Below, piece by piece: positions 12,828-24,706 of a DNA stretch of 64,000 nucleotides. Position 1 is the stretch's first letter, and the number at the start of each line of letters is the position of its first letter. Source of the DNA: the human T2T-CHM13v2.0 reference genome, Homo sapiens; NCBI RefSeq assembly GCF_009914755.1, contig NC_060927.1. One strand, 5' to 3'. Made by a program: the position numbers and the translations under genes. The notes below the pieces were generated by a model. That model was not told the origin of the DNA and did no database searches. It saw nothing but the letters and a program-made list of their open reading frames with translations.

Positions 12828-12953
12828 GGAGAGAGAGAGAGGAAAGAAGGAAAGAAAGAAAGAGAGAGAGAGAGAGGGGAAGGAAGGAAGGAAGGAAGGA
12901 AGGAAGGAAGGAAGGAAGGAAGGAAGGAAGGAAGGAAGGAAGGAAGGAAGGAA
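12828..12953 (+). repeat. Purine microsatellite (GA)n/(GAAA)n ending in perfect (GGAA)19
   Basis: Uninterrupted GGAA units at 12878-12953, apparently grown from the Alu tail. Confidence 0.95.
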
Positions 12954-12969
12954 AAATATATATTCGGAG

Positions 12970-13430
12970 CAGGAGCTGAGAAGGTAAATTGGTCAGAGAA
13001 GATATCTCAGAGGAGATGACATTTGAATAGTATTTTAGGAGAAACCTAAATGATGATCAAAATCAGCTTGCTGGATGAATATTGTACTGTAAAGTCTCTA
13101 AACAAGTGTGTACTTAACACTTTTAATTTACAATGAAATGCATAATTTAGCTCAAATATAGAAAATAAGAATGTGGTAGATGTTAATGTGCAGAAATCAT
13201 CATGGGACATAGCATGTAGGAAGTTGTAGAATATTCTGAGGAATGTTGCTGTTCTTCTAATTGCTGCAGAAAACCATTGGGGATTTTTTATCAGAAAAAT
13301 GAGAGGCTCTGAGTTATAATTTAATCAGCTTAGTTTTAACAAACTCCTACTCATGGCCAGGAATTTTGTGTGAAGCAAGGATACAAAACATACGCATGAC
13401 TGGCACCCTCTCTTCAAGTAGTTGAGTCTA
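12970..13430 (-). mobile_element. L2 fragments
   Basis: tcagagaagatatctcagaggagatgacatttgaa and related degenerate L2 motifs. Confidence 0.5.
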
Positions 13431-13837
13431 TTGGTTTTGGAATCTCTTTCAAATAGCCTTAGGGATCTGAGGACTGTAACGTGACATCTGTAGTGTCACT
13501 CTGTAGTGGTGCACAGAGTGACATCCTGTAATGTATTTGATTTCCCAGGCAGGTTCTTGGAGTCATGATATTTAAGGGTTATGTGTTTTCAATTGATGAA
13601 CAGAAATAATTTCAATCTCCTACTGCCTCTCTTAACACGGAAACCAACAAAAAAACTGATTTCACAGCAAATTATAACATTATAAATTTAGATACCAAAA
13701 GTTTTATCCTAATCTCATTCAATTTACAATTATAGTAGACATTATTATTGATAATATAATAGGATTAGTTCTAATATCTACTCTTTTACTTATTCTGATT
13801 TTAAAATAACCGAATTCCTTAAAGGAAGCTGAAGGTA

Positions 13838-14605
13838 ATTTTATTTATTTTTTTTTATATATATATTTTTTATTATACTTTAAGTTCTAGGGTACATGTG
13901 CACAATGTGCAGGTTTGTTACGTATGTATACTTGTGCCATGTTGGTGTGCTGCACCCATTAACTCGTCATTTACATTAGGTATATCTCCTAATGCTATCC
14001 CTCCCCCCTTCCCCCACCCCACAACAGGCCCTGGTGTGTGATGTTCCCCTTCCTGTGTCCAAGTGTTCTCATTGTTCAATTCCCACCTATGAGTGAGAAC
14101 ATGTGGTGGTTGGTTTTTTGTCCTTGAGATAGTTTGCTGAGAATGAGGGTTTCCAGCTTCATCCATGTCCCTACAAAGGACATGAACTCATCCTTTTTAT
14201 GGCTGCATAGTATTCCATGTTGTATATGTGCCACATTTTCTTAATCCAGTTGGACATTTGGGTTGGTTCCAAGTCTTTGCTATTGTGAGTAGTGCCGCAA
14301 TAAACATACCTGTGCATGTGTCTTTATAGCAGCATGATTTATAATCCTTTGGGTATATACCCATTAATGAGATGGCTGGGTCAAATGGTATTTCTAGTTC
14401 TAGATCACTGAGGAATTGCCACACTGTCTTCTGAAAAAATGCTCATTATCACTGGCTATCAGATAAATGCAAATCAAAACCACAATGACATATCATCTCA
14501 CACCAGTTAGAATGGCGATCATTAAAAAGTCAGGAAACAACAGGTGCTGGAGAGGATGTGGAGAAATAGGAACACTTTTACTTTTTTGGTGGGACTGTAA
14601 ACTAG
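13838..14605 (-). mobile_element. Young L1PA (about L1PA3-5), 5'-truncated, with 5' inversion
   Basis: Antisense 3' end 13838-14431, then sense-oriented ORF2 piece 14432-14605; TSD agctgaaggta at 13827 and 14604. Confidence 0.92.
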
Positions 14606-15364
14606 CTGAAGGTATTTTCTAATGGGCCAGGTGATTTTTAGTGTAAGATAATTCTAACGCTTCTAATTGAATACTATGAAAAATGTCTTTCTTCTCTGTT
14701 TTTAGTTTTATTTATTAAAATATTTACAAATGACTAGCATTATGAATAAAATTTCAGCAACAAAAGACAAATAAGAAAAATTATCTACTAGTATGCTTCC
14801 TTTTTTGGTTCTTAGTTTTTTCAGATAGGGACTTGTTTTGCCACAAGTCTTTAGAATCCCTTACAAAGTACAGATATAACTCAAATTACGTTACTGCTTG
14901 TGTTTGTGTTTTAATTATCATGGGAGAGAATGAAAAAGAAGAGTAAACTGTTGAAAATAATAGCTGGATGTTTTCCCAGAAGCCATAGAATAACTAATAT
15001 GCTAAGGTAAATAAATAATATTCATCATTTTCTTTCATTTGTAATTTCACATATATACTAGAATATATATGCAACTTCAAAAGATAGCAGATATGAGGTT
15101 TAAGAAAATAATTTGGTAAATGTAGTTTTCCCTTTTTTCCTCATTATCATATATCATTGCAAGTCTGCATTATAATTTAGGGACAATAATAACTCAAGAA
15201 AAATACATTGTTTTCTAAAGGTTAAATGAAAAGCAGGGTAAATACACCATAAACTTCTAAAACTATTAAGCTAAAAGTGGGAAGCTGTCCCAAACCCAGC
15301 AATACTAATCGTTCAAATAGAATGCTTACTTTGAGTATAATTTTAAATAAAAATAATTGAGTAG

Positions 15365-15775
15365 TATAGTGGCCATGAGAATATGCCTCTCAGACTTCCA
15401 ACTACAGAAGCTTAATTGGCCAAAGGCCCTAGTAACTAACTCTGAAATCCATCACTGCATTTGTTGTCAGGCCGCATATCCTCTGGGCTGCCCCAGCCCA
15501 TGACTGAGCATGTAGTGATGCTAAGGCAGATCTTTCTCCGGTAGTCATGGTACTTCTCTCAAGGTCAAACTTTGTTCAAATATTCCCTGGAGCTCTGTAG
15601 TCCAGGATGCTCCCATTCACCTTCTTTTCTTTTCTATTTCCCTCAGGATCCCAGTTCATCACAGTCTGACGTCTGTTCAGTCTTCTGCCATTTCCTTCTC
15701 ATTTTCTCTCATAGATATTTTTTCAAATAAAATCCTTGCATGTTTAATCTTATTTCAATGTGCTCAGAAAATCAT
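15365..15775 (+). mobile_element. LTR16-like ERVL solo LTR
   Basis: Starts tatagtggccatgagaatatgcctctcagac; ends with aaataaaatccttgcatgtttaatc. Confidence 0.7.
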
Positions 15776-16529
15776 ACCCAGGCTAAAATAAATAGCTAAT
15801 ATTTCAACGTTATTTCAGTGTGATCTCCATAGTAGCTCTCTAAAAAAGTCAAAATAAGCATTATTGTCATTTGATGAAGGAAAATAAGAGATGATTCAAT
15901 GGCATTCTGGATTACATGTGACCAACATGACAGGTCATTGGTGAAAAGCAAATCTCAACCAAAAATAACATTTTCTTCAGTCATCAATTCTCATTTCATA
16001 TGAATTAAATAAAAAAATCTAACATTCAGTGAAAAATGAATTAATAAACTTATTGCCCCAATTTCCTTTACGTGAAAAGCAATTTAAAGAAATAGTCCAC
16101 AGACACTGGATCTATGGAATGGAGTAATAACAATCAAAAGAAAAAAATTACAGAAAGAAAAACCGCATGTTATTATATGTATGGCATTAAATCAATATAT
16201 TTATGGTCAAGTCCATCCAATTTTCAGTAATTTCAATCATCTTAATGTATGAGTTGGGTGACCTATCATATCAGTCAACACAATGATCTTGATTAGAACT
16301 TGGTGGATCTGTCACTGCTGCTACACCCAGGGGAAGGCTTCACAGGGTCAGTGACCTCTAATAGGCTTTGGAAGGATTCATAAGTACCCACATGATGGGC
16401 AAGGGGAAAATATCATACAAACACCTATGTATGTATACATATTTTATATATTAAAATATGTTTATACTGATGATTTTTTTGAATGCAATATGAAGAATAT
16501 TTCTCTATGAACTTAAATGATTATTGAAA

Positions 16530-16740
16530 ATATGTTCCCTTATTTAATCCTCTGTGAAAGAACATGCTCAGAGAAGTTATGTAACTTAATCAGGTCGCAC
16601 TGTTATATTGGTGGGGATAACGGTATTACTTTCTTCATAGAGTTGCTGTGATCATGAAATTAATTAATCCATGAATCATACTTAGAATGGAGGCAAATAT
16701 ATTGTAAGCCTCCACTGGTGGCCAACATTATCATTAGTAT
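16530..16740. mobile_element. MIR fragments in both orientations
   Basis: gctcagagaagttatgtaactt and tcatagagttgctgtgatcatgaaatt core-like motifs. Confidence 0.55.
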
Positions 16741-16909
16741 AATTATAGTCGAGCCCAGTCTCTGTTTCCACACTTTCTACAACATAGTTTTACTAGTTTT
16801 GTAGCTTGTTAGTCCGCAAATAAAATTTGTGTGTTTTGACCAACAATGTATAGTTTTTCACAATGAATTCTTGGAAGAAAAATAGTAACATGGATATAGT
16901 TTTTTCTTA

Positions 16910-17111
16910 TTTATATGTGTGTGTGTGCATTATATTTTCCTACAGTAATATAAAAATTATTTTATTATTATTGGCTTTATATGTGTGTGTGTGCATTATA
17001 TTTTCCTACAATAATATAAAAATTATTTTATTATTATTGGCTTTATATGTGTGTGTGTGCATTATATTTTCCTACAATAATATAAAAATTATTTTATTAT
17101 TATTGGCTTTA
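16910..17111. repeat. Minisatellite, 66-bp unit x3
   Basis: Units start at 16910, 16976 and 17042; one substitution among the copies. Confidence 0.97.
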
Positions 17112-17347
17112 GATGGTACTGCATTTATGCTGTTTTTCACAATGTCAAAGACATCCAACCAGAGTAAATGAAAAATAAGGCAGCTAACTATGTTATTCAG
17201 CCACTATCAGGCAAGGCTTGTAGAAATGAACTTGTTTATTGTAAATCAATGTAGAGAATACACATGAAGATTACCCTTGGTGTTTGTTTTGTTACATTAT
17301 GCTTCTCTTAGAAAATGTTACAATGGGATTCACTAATAAGAAATCAT

Positions 17348-17658
17348 GGCTGGGCATGGTTGCTCATGCTTGTAATCCCAGCACTTTGGGAGGCTGAGGC
17401 TGGTGGATCACTTGAGCCCAGGAATTGGAGACCATCCAGGCCAATGTGGAGAAACCCTGTCTCAAAAAAAAAATTATCCAGGTGTGAATGCGTGTACCTG
17501 TAGTCCCAGCTACTGGGGACGTTGAGGTGGGCGGATCACTGGAGCCCTGGTGTGCGAGGTTTCATTGAGTAAAGATTGTGCCATTGTGTTCCAACCAGGG
17601 TGACAGAGTATAAACCTGTCTCAAAAAAATAATAATAATAAAATAAAAATAAATAAAT
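17348..17658 (+). mobile_element. AluJ
   Basis: Dimeric, diverged Alu with cacttgagcccaggaa (J-type) and an A-rich tail. Confidence 0.9.
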
Positions 17659-17951
17659 ACATTCTGCTTTTCTATTTAAATGACTTTTTAAAACTAGTTT
17701 TACATGGCAAATATTATTTGAATCATAAGGGTTGGAGAATATTCAATAATTAATTAATTTATAACCAAATTATTTATTATCAAGAACTAAAAATTATATA
17801 TATATTTGTGTTCAACAAATCTTGAAGACTATTAAAAAATAAAGTATGATAGGAAAACATGCACAATTCTCTGAATCTGCTTTAGTTTCCTTATTTAGTT
17901 TGAATTTTACCCATGGGAAGACTGTCATCCTTCAAAGTACAATTATGTTTC

Positions 17952-20114
17952 AATTTTTTTAACTCTTATTTTAGGTTCAGTGGTATATGTGCACGTTTGT
18001 TATGTAGGTAAATTGTGTGTCACAGAGGTTTGGTGTACAAATTATTTCACCACTTGGGTAATAAGCATAGTACCCAATAGACAGTTTTTCTATTCTCAAC
18101 CTCCACCCTCCTTCTACCCTCAAGTAGGCCTCAGTGTCTGTGATTCTTTTTTCCTGTTTTGTTCTGTTTTGTTTTGTTTTGTTTTTTTGGAGACCAAGGC
18201 TCGCTCTGTGTTGGCCCGACTGGAGGGCAGTGGCGCAATCTCAGCTCACTGCAGCCTCCACCTCCCTGCTTCAAGCAATTCTCTTGTCTCAGCCTCCTGC
18301 ATAGCTGGGATTACAGGTGCCCACCACCATGCCCAGTTAATTTTTGTATTTTTAGTAGAGACAGAGTTTCACCATGTTGGCCAGGGTGGTCTCGAACTCC
18401 TGACCTCAAGTGATCCACTCGCCTCGGCCTCCTAAAATGCTGGGATTATAGGCATGAGCTATTGCACCCAGCCTGTGATTTTCTTTGTGTCAGTATGTAC
18501 TCAATGTTTAGCTCCCACTTATAAGTAAGAACATGCAGTATTTAGTTTTCTGTTCCTATATTAGTTTTCTTAGAATAATGACCTCCAGCTTCATCCATAG
18601 TGCTGCAAAGGACATGATATCATTCTTTTTTATAGCTATGTATATGTAGTATTCCATTATATATAGATACCACATTTTCTTTATCCAATCTACCATTGAT
18701 GGGAATTTCACTCGATCTCATGTCTTTGCTATTGTGAATAGTGCTGTGATGGACATATGTATGCATTTGTCTTTATGGTAGAACAATTTATATTCCTTTG
18801 AGCATATACTCCATAATGGAATATCTAGGATGAATAGTAATTCTGGATTGAGTTTTTGAGAAATCACCAAACTGCTTTCCACAATGGCTGAATTAATTTA
18901 CATTCATACCGCCAGTGTGTAAGTGTTCTCTTTTCTTCACAACCTTGCTAGCATCTGTTATTTTTTACTTTTCAGTAATAGTCATACTGACTGGTGTGAG
19001 ATTGTATCTCATCTTGGTTTTGATTTATGTTCATCTAATGATTAGTGATGTTGAGTATTTTTTCATATGCTCTTTGCCTGCAAATTAGTAGCATTCCTAT
19101 ACACAAACAACATCAAATCTGAAAGCCAAATCAAGAATTCAATCCAGTTCACAATAGCCATAAAAAGAATTAAATACCTAGTAATACAGCTAACCAGGGA
19201 AGGTAAAAGATCTCTGCAATGAAAATTACAAAATACTGCTCAAAGAAATTAGAGGTGACATAAACAAATGGAAAAACATTTCATGCTCATAGATAGGAAG
19301 AATCAATATTGTTAAAATGGCCATATTGCCCAAAACAATTTACAGATTCAATGCTATTCCTATGACATTCTTCACAGAATAAGAAAAAATTATTTTAAAA
19401 TTCATATGGAAACAAAAAAGAGCTTGGACAGTCAAGGCAATCCTATGCAAAAGGAACAAGACTGGAGACATCACGCTACCCAACTTCAAAGTATTCTACA
19501 ACACTACAAAAACCAAAAGAACATGGTACTGGCACAAAAACAGATATGGAGACCTATGGAACTGCATAGAGTCCAGAAATGATGCCACACATAAACAACT
19601 ATCTGATCTTTGACAAAAACAAGCAAAAGGGAAACAACTCTCTGTTCAATAAACGGTGCTGGGATAACTGGCTAGCCATGTGAAGTTGGACCCCTTCCTT
19701 ATACCATATACAAAAATCAACTCAAGATAGATGTAAAATTAAAACTACAAAACTGTGGAAAATAACCTAGAAAATACCATTCTGTACATAGGACCTGGCA
19801 AAGATTTCATGACAAAGGCACCAAAAGCAATTGCAACGAAAACAAAAATTGACAAATGGGGCCTAATCACCTAATTAAAAAGCTTCTGCGCAGCCAAAGA
19901 AACTATCAATAGAGTAGACAACCGACAGAATGGGGGAAAATATTTGCAAACTATGTATCTGACGAAGGTCTAATATCCAAAATCTATAATGAATGTAAAC
20001 AAATCAACAACAACAACAGAAAACACAACCTCATTAAAAGGTGGTCAAAGGACATAAATAGACAATTTACAAAAGAAGACATACACAAGGCCAACAATCA
20101 TATGGAAAAATGCT
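17952..20114 (-). mobile_element. L1PA15/16-like element with 5' inversion, interrupted by AluS
   Basis: Antisense 3' end 17952-19082, sense-oriented ORF2 piece 19082-20114; short candidate TSD tgtttc at 17946 and 20114. Confidence 0.85.
18148..18473 (-). mobile_element. AluS (Sx/Sz-like) inside the L1
   Basis: Full Alu reverse complement with a (TTTTG)n tail; flanking tgtgatt duplication. Confidence 0.92.
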
Positions 20115-21249
20115 GTTTCTTTGAGACAGAAACTGCATGAGTATATCTTTTTGTTCAATAACTAGTTTACTTATTAAGGTTAATGTGCTTTCCAACTGTC
20201 CTAACAGTGGGCATTAGAGATGACACTGTGAAAGTTACAGAAACCATTAGTGAGATGCCTTTCTCAGTATTATGCTAACTGCAGCTTTTGCGAGTGTACA
20301 AGACCTGGGGTTGTGGCAAGAGAGATGACAGATGATTAGAGGGAGAAAGTAAAGGAGAAGGAATTGAAAAAGGAGAAAATGGAGGGAACCTGGTGGACAT
20401 CCCACATCACAGTGTTTACAGGGATATCCCTCAACCGTCTTTGTCTATGTCTGCAATGCTAAGCAGCATGAGTGCAATTCTGCCTTGAAACACAGATCAA
20501 GTTACTTGGTCAATCTTGTCTCTTCTCTGTCAAATATTTCACTGATTCTGAACTCTGTGGACAGTTTAAAGCTGTCCTATGCCAGAGTCAACTCAGGACT
20601 GTCTTCTTCTGATTCACAAGAAAGAAATGGTTAAAATTGTCTTCCTGAGTGAGTGAAGCTAAAAAGATTCTTGCTGTAATGACTTCTGTCACTTAATCCT
20701 TCAGTATATGCCCACTTTTCTCCAACTTCTTTTTCAAGTCAGAATTTGTGCTACGAGATACAAATGCTTATAATTGTAGATATCAATTACTGCAATGTGA
20801 TCATAAGAGCTGAACTAATCATTTACAGATTTAGAAAATGAGATAGCTCAGAATAATGTAATTGAATAGTCTGAAGAAAAAACGTGTCTGCAATTTTATA
20901 GTGATCCTTTTTCTTGTAAATTGAAGGTATTTCTTAGTAAATTCATTAATGAAATATCTTCGTTTTGTTTCCAGTTTTATTTTCCAGCAGATTTCGGAAA
21001 AATAAATCATTTGACATAGTAGAAGGAGACAGAAACTAAGAAACTTGTGTCTGATCAACAATAATGGTAACTAATTGCATGCCTGTAGGCTGGTTCTTAC
21101 TCTTTGAACTGTAACACTTTGGAACTAGACTAACTCATCTCTTGGGTCCCTTTCAGCTTTTAAATTATATGATTATAAAATGATACTTCTTTCTCTTATT
21201 CCCTAAAAATGTGGGCTGTTACTAGGTGATACTATAAAAAGCAGACAGA

Positions 21250-21440
21250 AGCATAATATATTGAAAAGAGTATGGTATAATGGATGTGTGATTTTTGGAT
21301 CAGCTTCTTTACCCAATGGCTGCAGGGTGGTGAACAAGTCATTTAAACTTTTCTTTCTCATCTATAATATATAGATAATAGAGTACTGTTGCTAGAGTTG
21401 AAAGAAGACGCTTTAAAGAAAAAAAAATCTGTGAAAGCAA
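21250..21440 (+). mobile_element. MIR
   Basis: gaacaagtcatttaaactt...ttctcatctataa core motif. Confidence 0.6.
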
Positions 21441-21992
21441 AGCCTTCTGGAACAGGAAACTATTCATTACTAATTCAATAAAAATTTTAATGTATCTTAA
21501 AATCTCAAAGCTGATTGCTACTTACTATTATCTGTATAGTCTTCTAACTATGGAACATTCTAAGCCACATCTATAAGCATGGATTTTTCTCCAGAAATTA
21601 TATTTTATGTTTTCTTGAATGTAGGGTACTTTCGATTTTCTAGAGATAGGATTTTTAAAAAAACTATCATTTTACATGTTCTGATCTAATAATTTTAGAT
21701 ACTCTTTTCTAAATAAGCCCTCCTCTTACCCACCTCCAAATTGTTACCGTTACTACTCTTCCCCCTAATGCTCCCTTTTACTTGACCTAATCCAAAAGTT
21801 TTCACATTTCAGAATTGTATTCATTTTTAAATAAATGCCTATTTTTTCCATTATGCAATTAATCACTATCTCAGCTAATTATGATCTATGTCTCTTTGGA
21901 CTCCAGCAACTTTTTGATAGTACATTTTTTTATAGTCTGTCAATAACATTCTTAGTTGTATCTGTTAATATTAGCTACTTAAAAGATGACTT

Positions 21993-22095
21993 CTGCAGTC
22001 CCTCCTCAGGACTCGGAATGCTGAGGCAGGAAGATTGCTTAAGCCCAGGAGTTTGAGTCCAGCCTTGGCAACAAAGACCTCATCTCTTAAAAAAG
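21993..22095 (+). mobile_element. Free Alu monomer (FLAM/FAM-like)
   Basis: gctgaggcaggaagattgcttaagcccaggagtttgagtccagcc...catctcttaaaaaa. Confidence 0.75.
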
Positions 22096-22509
22096 TAAAT
22101 AAAATGTTAATAAAATTAGATGCCCAATACTTAAAAAAAATACTAGCATACTAGCACACTCTTCTGAACCATGCTTTTTTAACTTATTAACTTGAAATCA
22201 TTTTAGCATTTCAATATGGTTACAAAAATGATACAAATAGTTCCCAGATACTATTCACCTATTTTCTCCTACTGTACACATTTTGGCATAATCATAGCAC
22301 AGGATAAAACTAGGATATTAAGTTTGTGTAGTACTAGTAACTAAACTACAGAATATTTTCAGATTTCACTTTTTTTTATGATTAATGCCTTTTTTTCTGT
22401 TCCAACATCCAATCCAGAATGCTACATTGAATTTAGGCATCATGTCCCTCTACTTATTGAATTATTTATTTACATAAGTATAGAATTATGACTATTTTGT
22501 TTTATGATC

Positions 22510-22897
22510 TGATATGGGTTGGGTCTGTGTCCCCGCCCAAATCTCATGTCGAATTGTAATTCCCAATGTTGGAGGAGGGGCCTGGTGGGAGGTGATTGGA
22601 TCATGGAGGCAGATTTCTACCTTGCTGTTCTCATAATAGTGAGTGAGTTCTCACCAGATCTGGTTGTTTATAAAAGTATGTAACACCTCACCCTTTTCTC
22701 TCTCTTCCTACTTCTCCCAGCATATAAGACTTGCTTGCTTCCCTTTAGCTTTTTGCTATGATTACAAGTTTATTGAGGCCTCCCTAGAAGCAGAAACCTG
22801 TCCAGCTTGCAACACCATGGCCAATTAAACCTCTGTTCTTTATAAATTAACCAGGCTTAGGTAGTTCTTAATAGCAATGCAAGAATGAGCTAATATA
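22510..22897 (+). mobile_element. MSTA-like MaLR solo LTR
   Basis: tgatatgggttgggtctgtgtccccgcccaaatctcatg...ctaatata; 5-bp TSD tgatc/tgagc. Confidence 0.88.
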
Positions 22898-24111
22898 TGA
22901 GCTATTATCCAACACCATTTTTATTTACTTTCAAGATTAATCATTGAAAAATCGTTAAGGTTGGTTTCTATGACCTTTGGACATACTGTAATCCAGTTTG
23001 GAGTACCTCTGTATTTTCGGAAACCACACATGTTGCAGGCTCATCGTATGTTTCCCTTTCCTTGGCTCTAGAATCTACCATTTTTTCAAGAAGCCTTAAA
23101 TCATTTTATAGAATATTGGTATTTAGTAACCAAGTAACCAATCGAGTGCTCGTCGTGCTCATTGTCACTGTGGTATTATTGCTTCTAGGCCCTTTAAGTG
23201 AACAAAGCTAGGAAATATATGTATGTTACTAACATATGTACACACACATACACATTTGTAACTATATTTGTGTGTATGTATTTAAACATGTATTTTAAAC
23301 CACAAGTTCTTAATAATACCTATGATTCCAATTCAATACCACTCCAATGTTCACTTTAGTCTTCCCCTTTTCTTAAAGTCTAGCTCATATTATTTATATT
23401 TACTTATTTGTTCAAACCTAGCATACACATAATATACTTTAGAATTACTGATGCATAGCCTTGTGAGAAAGGAATGTACTAACTACAATATAGTATTTGT
23501 GCAAAGTTCTTTTACTCTTTAGCCTTATTGTAAAATACTACTTTCTAAGTTGCCTGGGTTAGTTATCTTACTTCTTACTATAAGGAGTATAGTGTGGCTA
23601 TAATTTATTGATAATATAGTTAGGTTTAATAGTTATTGTTTGTGTTCAGTTCCCTAATTCTCATATTAATTTTTTAATGACACACAGTAAAATTCACTCA
23701 CTGTGGTAGACAGGCCTTTGACAAATGCATACAGTTCTGTGTTCATGACAATAGTTCCAACATGCCAAAAATTCCCTCATGCTGACAATTTGTAATCAGC
23801 CCCTCCTTTCATCCCTAACCTCTGGCAACCACTAATCTGATTTCTGACCTTATAGTTTTGCTTTTTATAGACTGTCGTATAAATGGAATGATACAATATT
23901 TAGCCTTTTGATTCTGCCTTCCTTCACTTTGCAAAATATATTTAAGATTCATCATCTCTTTTACTGCATTCATCAATGGTGTTATTATTATTATTATTAA
24001 TTAGTAGTATTTCATGTTATGGATGTAAATAATTAGTTTATCCATTGCTATGCTTTCCATATTTGACCCCTTGGAATGCCATGTTGGAAGTTGATCTTCG
24101 GCCAGGTATGC

Positions 24112-24371
24112 ATGTGTGTGTATATATACACACACACATACACACACACACAGTCATACATTTATATATGTGTATATATACACATATATATACACATATA
24201 TGTATATATATAATGTGTATATACATCTATGTGTATATATATACACACATATATAGATATATGTGTGTATATATATATGTGTGTATATATATCCATTCAT
24301 GAGATATATATACACACATATATATATCTCATGTGTGTATGTATACACATATACATACATACATATATACA

Positions 24372-24413
<42 letters not shown>
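24112..24413. repeat. Compound (TA)n/(CA)n/(TG)n microsatellite
   Basis: About 300 bp of alternating purine-pyrimidine sequence abutting an Alu tail. Confidence 0.95.
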
Positions 24414-24414
<1 letters not shown>

Positions 24415-24706
24415 TTTTTTTTTTTTAGATGAGTCTTGCTCTGTTGCCCAGGCTATAGTGCAGTGGTGCAATCTCGGCTCACTGCAACCTCCACATCCTG
24501 GGTTTGAGCGATTCTCCTGCCTCTGCCTCCTGAGTAACTGTGATTACAGGCATGCACCACCATGCCCAGCTAATTTTTGCAATTTTAGTAGATACGGAGT
24601 TTCACCATCTTGGCCAGGGTGGTCTTGAACCCCTGACCTCAAGTGATCCATCTGCCTAGGCCTCCCAAAGTGCTGGGATTATGGATGTGAGCCACCGTGC
24701 CAGGCC
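24414..24706 (-). mobile_element. AluS
   Basis: Full reverse-complement Alu with ctgacctcaagtgatcc. Confidence 0.9.

Noticed and set aside
13999-14020. C-run cluster (G-quadruplex on the minus strand)
   Set aside because: Standard G-rich tract of the L1PA 3'UTR; not locus-specific.
16863-17171. 102-aa ORF with three hydrophobic 22-aa repeats; CRISPR-like periodicity
   Set aside because: Product of a 66-bp tandem repeat; no unique spacers, no cas genes, eukaryotic context.
17980-18435. 151-aa ORF
   Set aside because: Antisense L1 3'UTR joined to an antisense Alu; typical Alu-derived pseudo-ORF, as are those at 27857, 36168, 50492 and 52943.
24038-24628. Several overlapping Y/I/H/T/C/V-rich ORFs
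   Set aside because: Translations of (TA)/(CA)/(TG) microsatellite and Alu sequence.
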